A stretch of DNA of 64,000 bases from Treponema sp. (GTDB lineage Bacteria > Spirochaetota > Spirochaetia > Treponematales > Breznakiellaceae). A model generated the notes under the pieces. That model saw only the letters and a list, made by a program, of their open reading frames with translations, was not told the DNA's origin and did no database searches. Position 1 is the first letter of the stretch, and every line of letters starts with the position of its first letter. Positions 54,728 to 63,403 of this stretch are shown here, piece by piece. The stretch lies in the NCBI GenBank assembly GCA_031279975.1, contig JAITHL010000131.1:1505-65504 (forward strand), written 5' to 3'. Both the position numbers and the translations under genes were made by a program.

Positions 54728-55960
54728 GTGCGAAGACGAGTCGTAGTTTCAGGCGGCGGGGTGGTAAGCGCCCTGGGGAACGAATGGCCCGCAATCCTCT
54801 CGGCCCTGCGGAGGGGGCGCAACTGCGTCCGCCGTATGGACGAGTGGGATATATACCCTGGGATGAATACCCGCCTTGCGGCGCCGGTGGATTACCAGTT
54901 TCCTCCCTATCCCCGTAAGAAAACCCGCGGCATGGGCCGGATATCCCTGCTGGCCCTGTCATCCGCCGAAGGGGCGGTTAAGATGGCGGGCCTTGCGGAG
55001 GACGGACGGGCCTCCCCCCTGCTCACGAGCGGCCGTACTGGCATCGCCTATGGCTCCTGTATGGGGAGCGTTGACGCGCTGATGGATTACTATGCCATGC
55101 TGGTTCTCAACGACGTAAGGAAGATAAGCGCCACCACCTATGTGCGCTCCATGCCCCAGACCTGCGCCGCGAATCTGGAAGTGTTTTACGGCCTTACCGG
55201 CAGGCTTATCACCGCCAACGTCGCCTGCGCCTCCGGCAGCATGGCCGTTGGCCTGGCCTACGAGACTATCAAAAGCGGCAAACAGGATATTATGCTGGCC
55301 GGGGGCGCCGATGAGCTGTCGCCGGTGGACGCGGCGGTTTTTGATGTGCTCTTTGCCGCCAGTACCAAGAACGACGCGCCCGGTCTGACCCCCGCGGCGT
55401 ATGACAAGAACCGGGACGGCCTGGTGGTGGGGGAAGGAGCGGGGACGCTCATTTTGGAGGAGTATGAACACGCCCTGCGGCGGGGCGCGCCGGTCTACGC
55501 TGAAATCGCGGGCTTCGGGACCAACACTGACGGGGTCCATATCACCCAGCCGAACCGCGCAACCATGTCCCGGGCTATTGCCCTGGCCTTGGAAGACGCG
55601 GGCCTCAGCCCCGATGCCATCGGCTATGTGAATACCCACGGTACTGGCACCGGCGCGGGGGATGCCGCCGAAAGTTGGGCCACCTATGATATTTTCCAGC
55701 GGCCTGTTCCGGTAAGCACCATCAAGAACTACACCGGCCACACCCTGGGGGCTTGCGGGGCGCTTGAGGCGTGGATTTCGATTAACCTGATGCGGGAAGG
55801 CTGGTTCGCCCCGAACATCAACCTGCGGGAACTCGACGGCGGCTGCGCCCCCCTGGACTACATCACCGGAGCGGGCCGGGAACTGGAAACCGCCTATGTG
55901 ATGTCCAACAATTTTGCCTTCGGCGGCGTCAACACGAGCCTGATTTTAAAACGCCTGTGA
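54728..55960 (+). CDS. beta-ketoacyl-ACP synthase (FabF/FabB-type, Cys-His-His)
   Basis: ANVACASGSMAV (Cys), NTHGTGTGAGD (His), YTGHTLGACG (His), NNFAFGGVN. Confidence 0.9.
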   Translation: MRRRVVVSGGGVVSALGNEWPAILSALRRGRNCVRRMDEWDIYPGMNTRLAAPVDYQFPPYPRKKTRGMGRISLLALSSAEGAVKMAGLAEDGRASPLLTSGRTGIAYGSCMGSVDALMDYYAMLVLNDVRKISATTYVRSMPQTCAANLEVFYGLTGRLITANVACASGSMAVGLAYETIKSGKQDIMLAGGADELSPVDAAVFDVLFAASTKNDAPGLTPAAYDKNRDGLVVGEGAGTLILEEYEHALRRGAPVYAEIAGFGTNTDGVHITQPNRATMSRAIALALEDAGLSPDAIGYVNTHGTGTGAGDAAESWATYDIFQRPVPVSTIKNYTGHTLGACGALEAWISINLMREGWFAPNINLRELDGGCAPLDYITGAGRELETAYVMSNNFAFGGVNTSLILKRL

Positions 55961-58900
55961 TTAGAAACTGACCTGGAGGGAGGTCCCGATGGCGCCGGTG
56001 AAGGAATACACCGGGGAATCGTAGTACTGGGCGCAGCTTAGTTTGGCAAAGACGGACCAATTGAAGCGTCCCAGTATCCTGATAATAGATTCATGCCCCA
56101 GGGTAAAGGCCGTTCTCAAGACATCCTGGGAAGATTCGATGGTTGCTTCGAGGGTTTCTTTGCGCAGACGCTCAAACGCCGTATTCGCCAAATGCGACAA
56201 GGCTGGCCAGGCGCTCATGTCCCGCGCCTTATCGCTTAACCAGATATAGAGTATGCCGAGCAGGGATTGGGGCGCCGGGGCGGTCCAGGCAATTTCCAGG
56301 CTTTCCACCCGGGAATCGGCGGTAAGGGTAAGGGTGTTCGTGAGGGTAAACTCCGCGCCGGTAAAGCCGTAAATGCTCAGGAGCAGTTCATCCTGAAACC
56401 GCCATGTAAGGGCATCGTTTCTGGGAAGGGCAAGGGAGCCTTCAAGCCGGTGGGTGAATTCATCCTGATAAAAGCTGAAGACCGGCATATATCCGAAGGC
56501 CCCCCAGAGGTTAACCGAGTTGAAGGTTAAGGCCGAAGCGATGGTAAAGACATCCAGACGGGTATCCAGCTTTCGTTCCAGATTGCGGGAAAGTTTTGTT
56601 TCGATGTGCCGGGGAATCCAGAGGGTCTTGAGGCCGAAGGCGTCAGGAAGTCTGAGGGAAACCTGAAAGGCGTCGGTAAAGCGCCCGTATTCGGTGATAT
56701 CCGCCGCTGCTGCTTCGGAAAGGGCGTTCTCCATAGTATCCTCCAGGGCGGGGGCGAAAAGGGAATAGAAGGGTAGGGAAACCCAGAGATTTCGGGAATC
56801 CCAGAGGCTTTCATAGTACCGGCTTCCGTCTTCCAGGGCGTCGGCGCTGGGGTAAAAAACGCTCCGTTTAAAGCTCCGTTCTCCCCGGAGGAGGCCCTGG
56901 TATTCGCCGAAGGCAAAGGGGAAGTCCAGGCGGCCTAGGGTTTCGGACCGGGCGGTATTAGCGGGCGCTGAAAACCCCGCCGCGCCGTCAGCGGAAAACT
57001 CAATGCCCACGGGCTTTAAGGCCAGGGGGACCTTCAAAATCCCTTGGAATTGGCGGTTCTGGGCGTCCCGTCCGGAATCGGGGAGGAGGGGTTTCCAACT
57101 GTTAAGCCAGGCTTCGGCATACCGGTCAAGCCCCGCCGGCCCTTCCCCCGGCTTGGACAAGAGGGCGTTCCCCTCTATCGACGCGCCGAGAACCCTGTCC
57201 GGACCGGGCTCCACGAGCGCGGAAGCCTGCCAGTATCGCTCGAATTTGGTATCCGTATACCGGGCCGTTCCGGTAAGGCGGGACCGTATCGGCCCGGCGA
57301 GGTTCAGATCAAGACGGTGGGTAAGGGCCTTATCATCCGGGGAAAGGGCGAAGAGTTCGTGGAACCGGAAGGGGCCCCAGGAACGGGAAAGTTCGTGGCC
57401 CCCGTTCCAGAAGAGCGCATTCGGGGCGGCGGAGAGGGAGTAATTCCCCTGTAGCCGGGCCCCGAGGAGGGTCAGTTCCCCATAGGACCGGGTAACGGTT
57501 CCATAGGAGGGTTTCCCGGCGGGATTGGTAAAGGGATCGCCCTGAACTACTCCTTCCAGGGCGGCGCGGAGGGTAATATCCCCAAGTATGGGCCGGTTCT
57601 GGAAGGCGATGAGCGCCCCGGGATGGGCCCATGCAACGGCGGCGCCGGCATTTAAACCGTAGACCGGGCTAGACGTTTCCAGGATGATCTCATCCAGGGA
57701 AAAGGACCCCGCCGGCAGGGCGGCGCCGTGGTTTTCAATAAAAAACGCCGCATACGCGGCCTGTTCCCCCTCCGCGCCTGGAACGCCGGAGTATGCGCCG
57801 GTTCTTTCCAGGACATCGGCTCGATAGCGCGCGGCGCTTTGGGGAATCCCATTGCCGTCCGCTGAAATTCCGGTTTCGCCGCCGTTGTAACGGATTTCGA
57901 TTTTCGACCATTCGCCGGCCTTAAATTGGGCCAGGGGAATACGGGCTTCCAAGGCGAGGTCTTGATCCGGCGCGTTGAGCGCGTCGGGGCCGCGTCCGAT
58001 AAGCACCCGGAGGGCGGCGTTTTGAAAATTTGCCGGTTCCGCCGCGCTGAGGGGGGGCTGGGGGGCTTTGAAGAAAAAACTCAGGACCTGGTACTTCGAG
58101 AGGGGGATTGCGCCGGTTCGCCCGTCCGCGCCGGGGGCCTCGCCGTTGTCCAGGTTGTTCCAGGCAACCTCAAGCGTCCGTTGGATCGCGCCGCCGGGAT
58201 GCAGTTTGTTCAGCATATCCCCATAGCGGCCCCCCAGCGCGGCGTCGATTTTTTCCACCGCGGATACGGATTTTAATCCCCCCTGATCCGGCGCGGCTTT
58301 GATAGTTGTATCCGTAACCACTATGGGCCTGAAACCCGCTCCGGTAACAACGGGCGCCGCGAGCAGGAACCGTCCGTTCACGTCATCGGCCTCCTCACGC
58401 AGGATCACTACGCGCAGATACCGGGCGCCCTGGAGCCGGCGGCGGTCCTCATCGGTTAGGATGATCCGTCCGATTTTCCGCGCATCCCCGGCATCCTCAT
58501 AATGGGCGGGATAGATTTCCCGGGCCGCAATCAAAGAGGGGTTTTCGCGGTCTGCGGTATCCGGATCGCCCAGGGCTCCCAACTGGATGAGTACCCGGAC
58601 CCGGGGGCTTCCGCTTCCGGGAACCAGCGGATCAAAACCGTAGAACCGGAACGGGACGGCTATTTCCTGGGCCTGTTCGAGGAGGCTCCCCTCTATCCCC
58701 AGGGGGACCTGAAAGCCGGTCCAGGTTTTGCCGTTCCCCAGGGCGAATTCCGCGGCCAATAAGACATCCTGGGATACCGCGGCATCTGTAACCGGGTAGG
58801 GTCCGGTTTGTCCGGGAACCACCGGCCCGTTGGATTCTATGCCGCCGATAGAAGCGCCCAGGATATCCCGTTTTTGATAGTCCCGGTAGATTAAATCCGC

Positions 58901-60835
58901 CCGGTTATCTTGGGTAAGGCCGGAAAAGGAAACCCCCGGTCCAAGATAATCCGCCGGAGGGACGGCGATAAAGGACGCGGAAACCGGCAGGCTGAGGGTG
59001 AATTCAGCGCCCTCCATACCCGCGACCCGGTACAGCCCGGCGGTATCGGGCTGCTCATAGTTGAGCCCCAGGCTTACCTGGGCCTTCAGGGTATCGAATT
59101 CCAGGGCCGCCTTACTCCCCATGCCCACTATGCCCGGACTAGTTTTTCCATACTCGGAATAGGAACCGGCATTGAGGTTCCACCGTATCCCCAGGGCCGC
59201 CTCGCCGCTGAAAGGCCCCTCGCCGCCGTATACCGCGCCGATACCGGCGGCCAAGCTGCCGAATTGCCGTTCCTCATGTTTTTTTAAATACCGTATCCGA
59301 ATAACCTCATTGAGCATGGCGGGGTTTTGCAGTTCTACCATGCCGCTGGCGGAGTTGAAGGAAACCTGGGGGTCTAAAAGGCCGCCCCGGTAAACCTGGA
59401 CCGATCCGGGGATCACATCGGTTCCGAGGGAATAGCCGCCGGTCCCCTCGTAATTAGTAAAACGTATGGCCATATCCTCGGTAAATCCCTTGTTTCCCGG
59501 CGCGTACAGTGCGGGATAGTCCCTCCCCAAGGGCCAGCGGCCGCGGGGGTCCCGAATATCCGGGGCAAGGCCAGCTTTGATAAGCTCGAAGACGCCGCGC
59601 TTGATTTCCACGGGGGTAAGCGGCGGCGCCGTTGGAGCGCTGGTAATGGCTTCCACCTCCTGGAGTTCATAGTCCCTGATGGGATCGCCTGAGGATACCC
59701 GGACCAAGGCTGCCTCGGCGGCGTTGCTGGTCGGGGCTTGATAGCGGCTTTGCCGTTCAAAGGGGGAAAAACTTCCCTGTTCATAGATAACCAGGGCGGT
59801 AATCCCGCCGCCCCCGTTGGCGAGCGTTACCATTCCGGGGGTATTATGCGCTTGACCCAAGAGGGATGGATCATCCTGGCCCGGCTGGGGATATTCAATG
59901 AGCCGCAGGTCTCCGAAAAATGCCTGGGCGTCCCCCAGAAACCCGGCGCCTCCATAGGTTCCCAGGGCTATCCCCGGATAGGCGACCGCGACCCTTCCGG
60001 CGGGGGGGGCGCTCAGTTCTAGTATGCCGTACCGGGCGCTGGCGGCGTATTCTCCAGGACCCGCAAGCCGCCAGCGTCTGCCGTCGCTTCCCGGAATGGC
60101 CCCCTTGGGGTCCTCCAGGTATACCTCAGGAACCGCGGGGAGCATGTCCTGGGGCAGCACAAAGGAAAGCCCCCGCAAGGGGCTTACTACGGAAAGGTAA
60201 CTGTAGGTCCGTTCCCGGTTTCCTACAAAAACCCGTTCTTCCCGGGCCGCCGCGTCATAGCGGATGAGGCTGTGGAACGTTAGGGGCCCGGAGCCGAACC
60301 GTCCGTAGGCGCCGAAGGTATAGGGGGAATCCCCGCCTAGGTCCAGATAGGGAAACGCGGGATAATCGAGCCCCGTGTTGCCTATGCCGATATAGCGGAC
60401 CGCCTCTCCCGGTCCGCCCTGGTATCCTGCCCGGTATGTATTGAGATGGTAGTCATCCAGAACATTTGCCTCCACAAACCACCGCCGCCTAAGCCAAAGG
60501 GAGAGGCTCAGGTCGGCCTCCTGGGTAAACAGGATGGGGGACTCGGCGGACGTTAGGGTTAATCCGAGGGGCGTAAGGGCAATTCCCGCGTTTCCGCTTA
60601 AGGTTGCCTTCCAAGAACCCGCCAGGAACAGGGAAACATCCGTATCCCCCAGGGAAAGGGAGAGCAATTCGGACCGGGCTTCTCCGGTAATGTTCCGGCG
60701 CAGGGCTTCGGTATCTAAACGCAGTTCAGGAGCGATGGAGAGTTCTTCTTCCCGCGCAAAGAGCGGCGGGCCGGTTACTAAAAAAAGCAGGAAGCTTATC
60801 AGAAAAACCGGATAGGTACTGCGCGGCGCATACAT
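55961..60835 (-). CDS. giant (1,624-aa) predicted outer-membrane protein of unknown function
   Basis: ATG 60835 gives a signal-peptide-like MYAPRSTYPVFLISFLLFLVTGPPLFA/REEE. The C-terminus ...FTGAIGTSLQVSF ends in Phe with alternating hydrophobic residues (OMP beta-signal). No other motif recognised. The ORF-track start is TTG 60892. Confidence 0.55.
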   Translation of the reverse strand: MYAPRSTYPVFLISFLLFLVTGPPLFAREEELSIAPELRLDTEALRRNITGEARSELLSLSLGDTDVSLFLAGSWKATLSGNAGIALTPLGLTLTSAESPILFTQEADLSLSLWLRRRWFVEANVLDDYHLNTYRAGYQGGPGEAVRYIGIGNTGLDYPAFPYLDLGGDSPYTFGAYGRFGSGPLTFHSLIRYDAAAREERVFVGNRERTYSYLSVVSPLRGLSFVLPQDMLPAVPEVYLEDPKGAIPGSDGRRWRLAGPGEYAASARYGILELSAPPAGRVAVAYPGIALGTYGGAGFLGDAQAFFGDLRLIEYPQPGQDDPSLLGQAHNTPGMVTLANGGGGITALVIYEQGSFSPFERQSRYQAPTSNAAEAALVRVSSGDPIRDYELQEVEAITSAPTAPPLTPVEIKRGVFELIKAGLAPDIRDPRGRWPLGRDYPALYAPGNKGFTEDMAIRFTNYEGTGGYSLGTDVIPGSVQVYRGGLLDPQVSFNSASGMVELQNPAMLNEVIRIRYLKKHEERQFGSLAAGIGAVYGGEGPFSGEAALGIRWNLNAGSYSEYGKTSPGIVGMGSKAALEFDTLKAQVSLGLNYEQPDTAGLYRVAGMEGAEFTLSLPVSASFIAVPPADYLGPGVSFSGLTQDNRADLIYRDYQKRDILGASIGGIESNGPVVPGQTGPYPVTDAAVSQDVLLAAEFALGNGKTWTGFQVPLGIEGSLLEQAQEIAVPFRFYGFDPLVPGSGSPRVRVLIQLGALGDPDTADRENPSLIAAREIYPAHYEDAGDARKIGRIILTDEDRRRLQGARYLRVVILREEADDVNGRFLLAAPVVTGAGFRPIVVTDTTIKAAPDQGGLKSVSAVEKIDAALGGRYGDMLNKLHPGGAIQRTLEVAWNNLDNGEAPGADGRTGAIPLSKYQVLSFFFKAPQPPLSAAEPANFQNAALRVLIGRGPDALNAPDQDLALEARIPLAQFKAGEWSKIEIRYNGGETGISADGNGIPQSAARYRADVLERTGAYSGVPGAEGEQAAYAAFFIENHGAALPAGSFSLDEIILETSSPVYGLNAGAAVAWAHPGALIAFQNRPILGDITLRAALEGVVQGDPFTNPAGKPSYGTVTRSYGELTLLGARLQGNYSLSAAPNALFWNGGHELSRSWGPFRFHELFALSPDDKALTHRLDLNLAGPIRSRLTGTARYTDTKFERYWQASALVEPGPDRVLGASIEGNALLSKPGEGPAGLDRYAEAWLNSWKPLLPDSGRDAQNRQFQGILKVPLALKPVGIEFSADGAAGFSAPANTARSETLGRLDFPFAFGEYQGLLRGERSFKRSVFYPSADALEDGSRYYESLWDSRNLWVSLPFYSLFAPALEDTMENALSEAAAADITEYGRFTDAFQVSLRLPDAFGLKTLWIPRHIETKLSRNLERKLDTRLDVFTIASALTFNSVNLWGAFGYMPVFSFYQDEFTHRLEGSLALPRNDALTWRFQDELLLSIYGFTGAEFTLTNTLTLTADSRVESLEIAWTAPAPQSLLGILYIWLSDKARDMSAWPALSHLANTAFERLRKETLEATIESSQDVLRTAFTLGHESIIRILGRFNWSVFAKLSCAQYYDSPVYSFTGAIGTSLQVSF

Positions 60836-60878
60836 TAATAGAACAACTCGATAAGGCTCCCCAAAGAGCATTGGGTAT

Positions 60879-60921
60879 GAAGGCCCCTTCAACGGATCGC
60901 CGTTTCAATGAAGGGGCCTTC
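60879..60921. promoter_or_regulatory. perfect 12-bp stem-loop just upstream of the giant OMP start
   Basis: GAAGGCCCCTTC (60879-60890) / GAAGGGGCCTTC (60910-60921), 19-nt loop. Confidence 0.4.
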
Positions 60922-61020
60922 TTATATTGGATCATTTTGTATTTTTGTGAAATAGGCGGTATGAGGGGTTTAGGGGTATGCGCCTGGTTGACTCAGGCGG
61001 ACAAGCCGCGCCGGTATCGC

Positions 61021-61055
61021 AAAAATGGAGGTTCCGCTAATGGGGCGGAACCTCC
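61021..61055 (-). terminator. rho-independent terminator after the tRNA pair
   Basis: 11-bp perfect stem GGAGGTTCCGC(61027-61037)/GCGGAACCTCC(61045-61055). On the minus strand it is followed by a U-run (plus-strand AAAAA 61021-61025). Confidence 0.7.
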
Positions 61056-61065
61056 GTATCCGCTT

Positions 61066-61147
61066 TGGGGAGTGAAGGATTCGAACCTACGAAGGCTGAG
61101 CCAACAGATTTACAGTCTGCTCCCTTTGACCGCTCGGGAAACTCCCC
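61066..61147 (-). tRNA. tRNA-Tyr (GTA anticodon, long variable arm)
   Basis: Minus strand GGGGAGTTTCCCGAGCGGTCAAAGGGAGCAGACTGTAAATCTGTTGGCTCAGCCTTCGTAGGTTCGAATCCTTCACTCCCCA. The D-arm and anticodon arm are nearly identical to E. coli tRNA-Tyr. CCA is not encoded. Confidence 0.93.
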
Positions 61148-61168
61148 ATGATTTTATGCCATCCGGCC

Positions 61169-61241
61169 AGCCATCTTTCGGAATCGAACCGAAGACCTCG
61201 AGATTACAAGTCACGCGCTCTGCCGACTGAGCTAAGATGGC
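61169..61241 (-). tRNA. tRNA-Thr (TGT anticodon)
   Basis: Minus strand GCCATCTTAGCTCAGTCGGCAGAGCGCGTGACTTGTAATCTCGAGGTCTTCGGTTCGATTCCGAAAGATGGCT. The cloverleaf folds with one U-U mismatch in the anticodon stem. Confidence 0.9.
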
Positions 61242-61346
61242 GCATAATGGAACGCCTTTAGTATACTAAAAATAAAAAAATGCGTCAAGCGGTCTGCTCA
61301 AAACTTCCGCAAGCCCTGAGCCGGGCGGGGAGGGAACGGCGGCATC

Positions 61347-63389
61347 CTAAAAAAGTTCTCCCTGGGCCTGGGGGTCATCGGCTTGGAAATCCCCTGTCTT
61401 GAGCTTTTCCAGGATGGAGGGATCCGATAGCAGCTTCAGGAACGCATCCTCATGAATAACCGGGATTCCCAGGGATTGGGCTTTTTTATTTTTACTGGAA
61501 CTAGACGCGGGATCGTTGGTTACCAGGAAGGAAAGGGCCTTTCCTACTGAAGATTTAACCGATCCTCCCATCGCTTTAACCTGTTCCTCCGCATGGTTCC
61601 GCTTCATGGACGCAAGTTCCCCGGTAAAACAGAAGGAGCAGCCCAGCAACGGCTGAACCGCCCCGGACGGGGGAGGGGCGATGGCGATTATTCCCGATGC
61701 CAATACCGCGTCCATTGATTCGGCGGTTTCCCGCAGGCCCTCCGCAATGGCCCGGGCGGTTATGTCCCCCAGCCCGTATACTTCGGCTAAATCCTCCACC
61801 GGTGCGGCCCGGAGTTTTTCCAAGGTATTGAAGCCTGCGCGGACCACCTTTTCCATAATAGTTTCCCCCACGCCTTCAAAATCAAAGCCCGCGATAAAGG
61901 CGGCCAGGGGTAATTCCCGTTTTTTTTGGATATGCCGGGCCACCTTTGCGGCGGATAGCTCGCCCATACGCTCGAATTCCATCAGTTCCTCCGGCGTGAT
62001 GGTATAGAGGTCCTGAATATGCCTGACCCGTTCCTTATCAAAGAGCTGGCGGATGAGCTTTTCTCCCAGTTCCCGTATATCCAGCACGGCAACCCATTTT
62101 TCTATCCGGTGGAGGAGCCGTTTCGGGCAGTTTACATTGGGACAGAGGAGGCGGCTTCCCCCATCCTCCAAGGGGCTGCCGCAGCTGCCGCAGGTCTGGG
62201 GAAACTCGATATCCCTGATTTCAGCAGGCCCTTGCGCCCCTCCTGGCGGGACGGCCCCGGCGGGCGCAAGCCCCTCTATTTTCGGGATGATTTCTCCCCG
62301 TTTAACCACCAGAACTACAGAGCCGATCCGCAGCCCCATGTCCCGGATCATATCCGGGTTATTCAGGTTGGCCCGCTGTACCGTGGTCCCCGCAAGCCGT
62401 ACCGGGTCCACAACGCCGATGGGGGTATAGGTCGCGCCGGATTCGCTCCATTCCACCGCCCGCAGTACGCTGACCGCGGTTTCCAACTCGAATTTAAAGG
62501 CGATCTGCCGTTCCGGACGGGGCCGGCGCAGGTCTTCCATATCGGTAGTCCGGTGCTTAACAACCAGCCCGTCAATATCGAAGGGAAGGCCCTTCCGCAG
62601 TTCCGATACCCCGGCCCGGTAGGTAATGATTTCCTCTGGGTCCTGGATTTCCCGGTACACGGCAACCTCAAATCCCCGTTGGCCCAGCCAGGCAATTTTT
62701 TCGATTTCATCGGTGAAATACCCGTCGTCTCCGGCTGCCGCGGCGTCATAGGTGATGAGGCGGAGGTCTTCACAGCCAGCCCCGTCTTTCCGGCGCATAA
62801 TCCCATTGGCGGCGTTCCGGCAATTGGCCTTGTCCTGGTATTTTTCCTCCCAAACAGCGCGGGTCATCACCACTTCGCCCCGGACGCCCCCGGTAAAGGG
62901 AAGGTCCAGGCGGGGGATCACCCCAATCATGCGCCGGGCGTTCCGGGTTATTACGTCTCCCACGGTTCCATCCCCACGGGTAAGAGCCCGCTTCAGCGCC
63001 CCCTGTTCATACTGGAGCTCTAAACTAGCGCCGTCCAGTTTGTATTGCGCCACAAAACTTTGGGCGCCGGCGGCTTGCATCTTCCGGGCCCAGGCTCTGA
63101 ATTCCTCTGGATTGGCCGCCTTATCCTGGCTCCCCATGGGGATGAGGTGCCTGGCCTTGGGAAAGCCGTCAACCCCGCTGGCGCCTACCTGCTTGAGCAG
63201 GGGGTGTTCCCCGTCCAGGGCCTTGAGTTCATCCCAAAGGCGGTCGAATTCCTCATCGGAAATTTCCGCCTCGCCGTTATAATAGGAGTCCTGGTAACGC
63301 CGGATCAGCTGTTCCAACGCTTCCAGGCGTTCAGCCTTTGCCCCGGGGGGCGGTTTTTGATGGTTCTTTTTGGCAGGCGCCTTAGCCAT
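61347..63389 (-). CDS. ligA: NAD-dependent DNA ligase
   Basis: YYNGEAEISDEEFD, YKLDGASLEL (KxDG adenylation site), Cys4 zinc finger (CGSCGSPL...CPNVNCP), HhH repeats, C-terminal BRCT (FCFTGEL...). Confidence 0.95.
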   Translation of the reverse strand: MAKAPAKKNHQKPPPGAKAERLEALEQLIRRYQDSYYNGEAEISDEEFDRLWDELKALDGEHPLLKQVGASGVDGFPKARHLIPMGSQDKAANPEEFRAWARKMQAAGAQSFVAQYKLDGASLELQYEQGALKRALTRGDGTVGDVITRNARRMIGVIPRLDLPFTGGVRGEVVMTRAVWEEKYQDKANCRNAANGIMRRKDGAGCEDLRLITYDAAAAGDDGYFTDEIEKIAWLGQRGFEVAVYREIQDPEEIITYRAGVSELRKGLPFDIDGLVVKHRTTDMEDLRRPRPERQIAFKFELETAVSVLRAVEWSESGATYTPIGVVDPVRLAGTTVQRANLNNPDMIRDMGLRIGSVVLVVKRGEIIPKIEGLAPAGAVPPGGAQGPAEIRDIEFPQTCGSCGSPLEDGGSRLLCPNVNCPKRLLHRIEKWVAVLDIRELGEKLIRQLFDKERVRHIQDLYTITPEELMEFERMGELSAAKVARHIQKKRELPLAAFIAGFDFEGVGETIMEKVVRAGFNTLEKLRAAPVEDLAEVYGLGDITARAIAEGLRETAESMDAVLASGIIAIAPPPSGAVQPLLGCSFCFTGELASMKRNHAEEQVKAMGGSVKSSVGKALSFLVTNDPASSSSKNKKAQSLGIPVIHEDAFLKLLSDPSILEKLKTGDFQADDPQAQGELF

Positions 63390-63403
63390 AGTTCCTTCCT
63401 TCT

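Noticed and set aside
60871-61230. 119-aa plus-strand ORF
   Set aside because: It overlaps two clear minus-strand tRNA genes (Tyr, Thr) and their terminator. It is an artefact.
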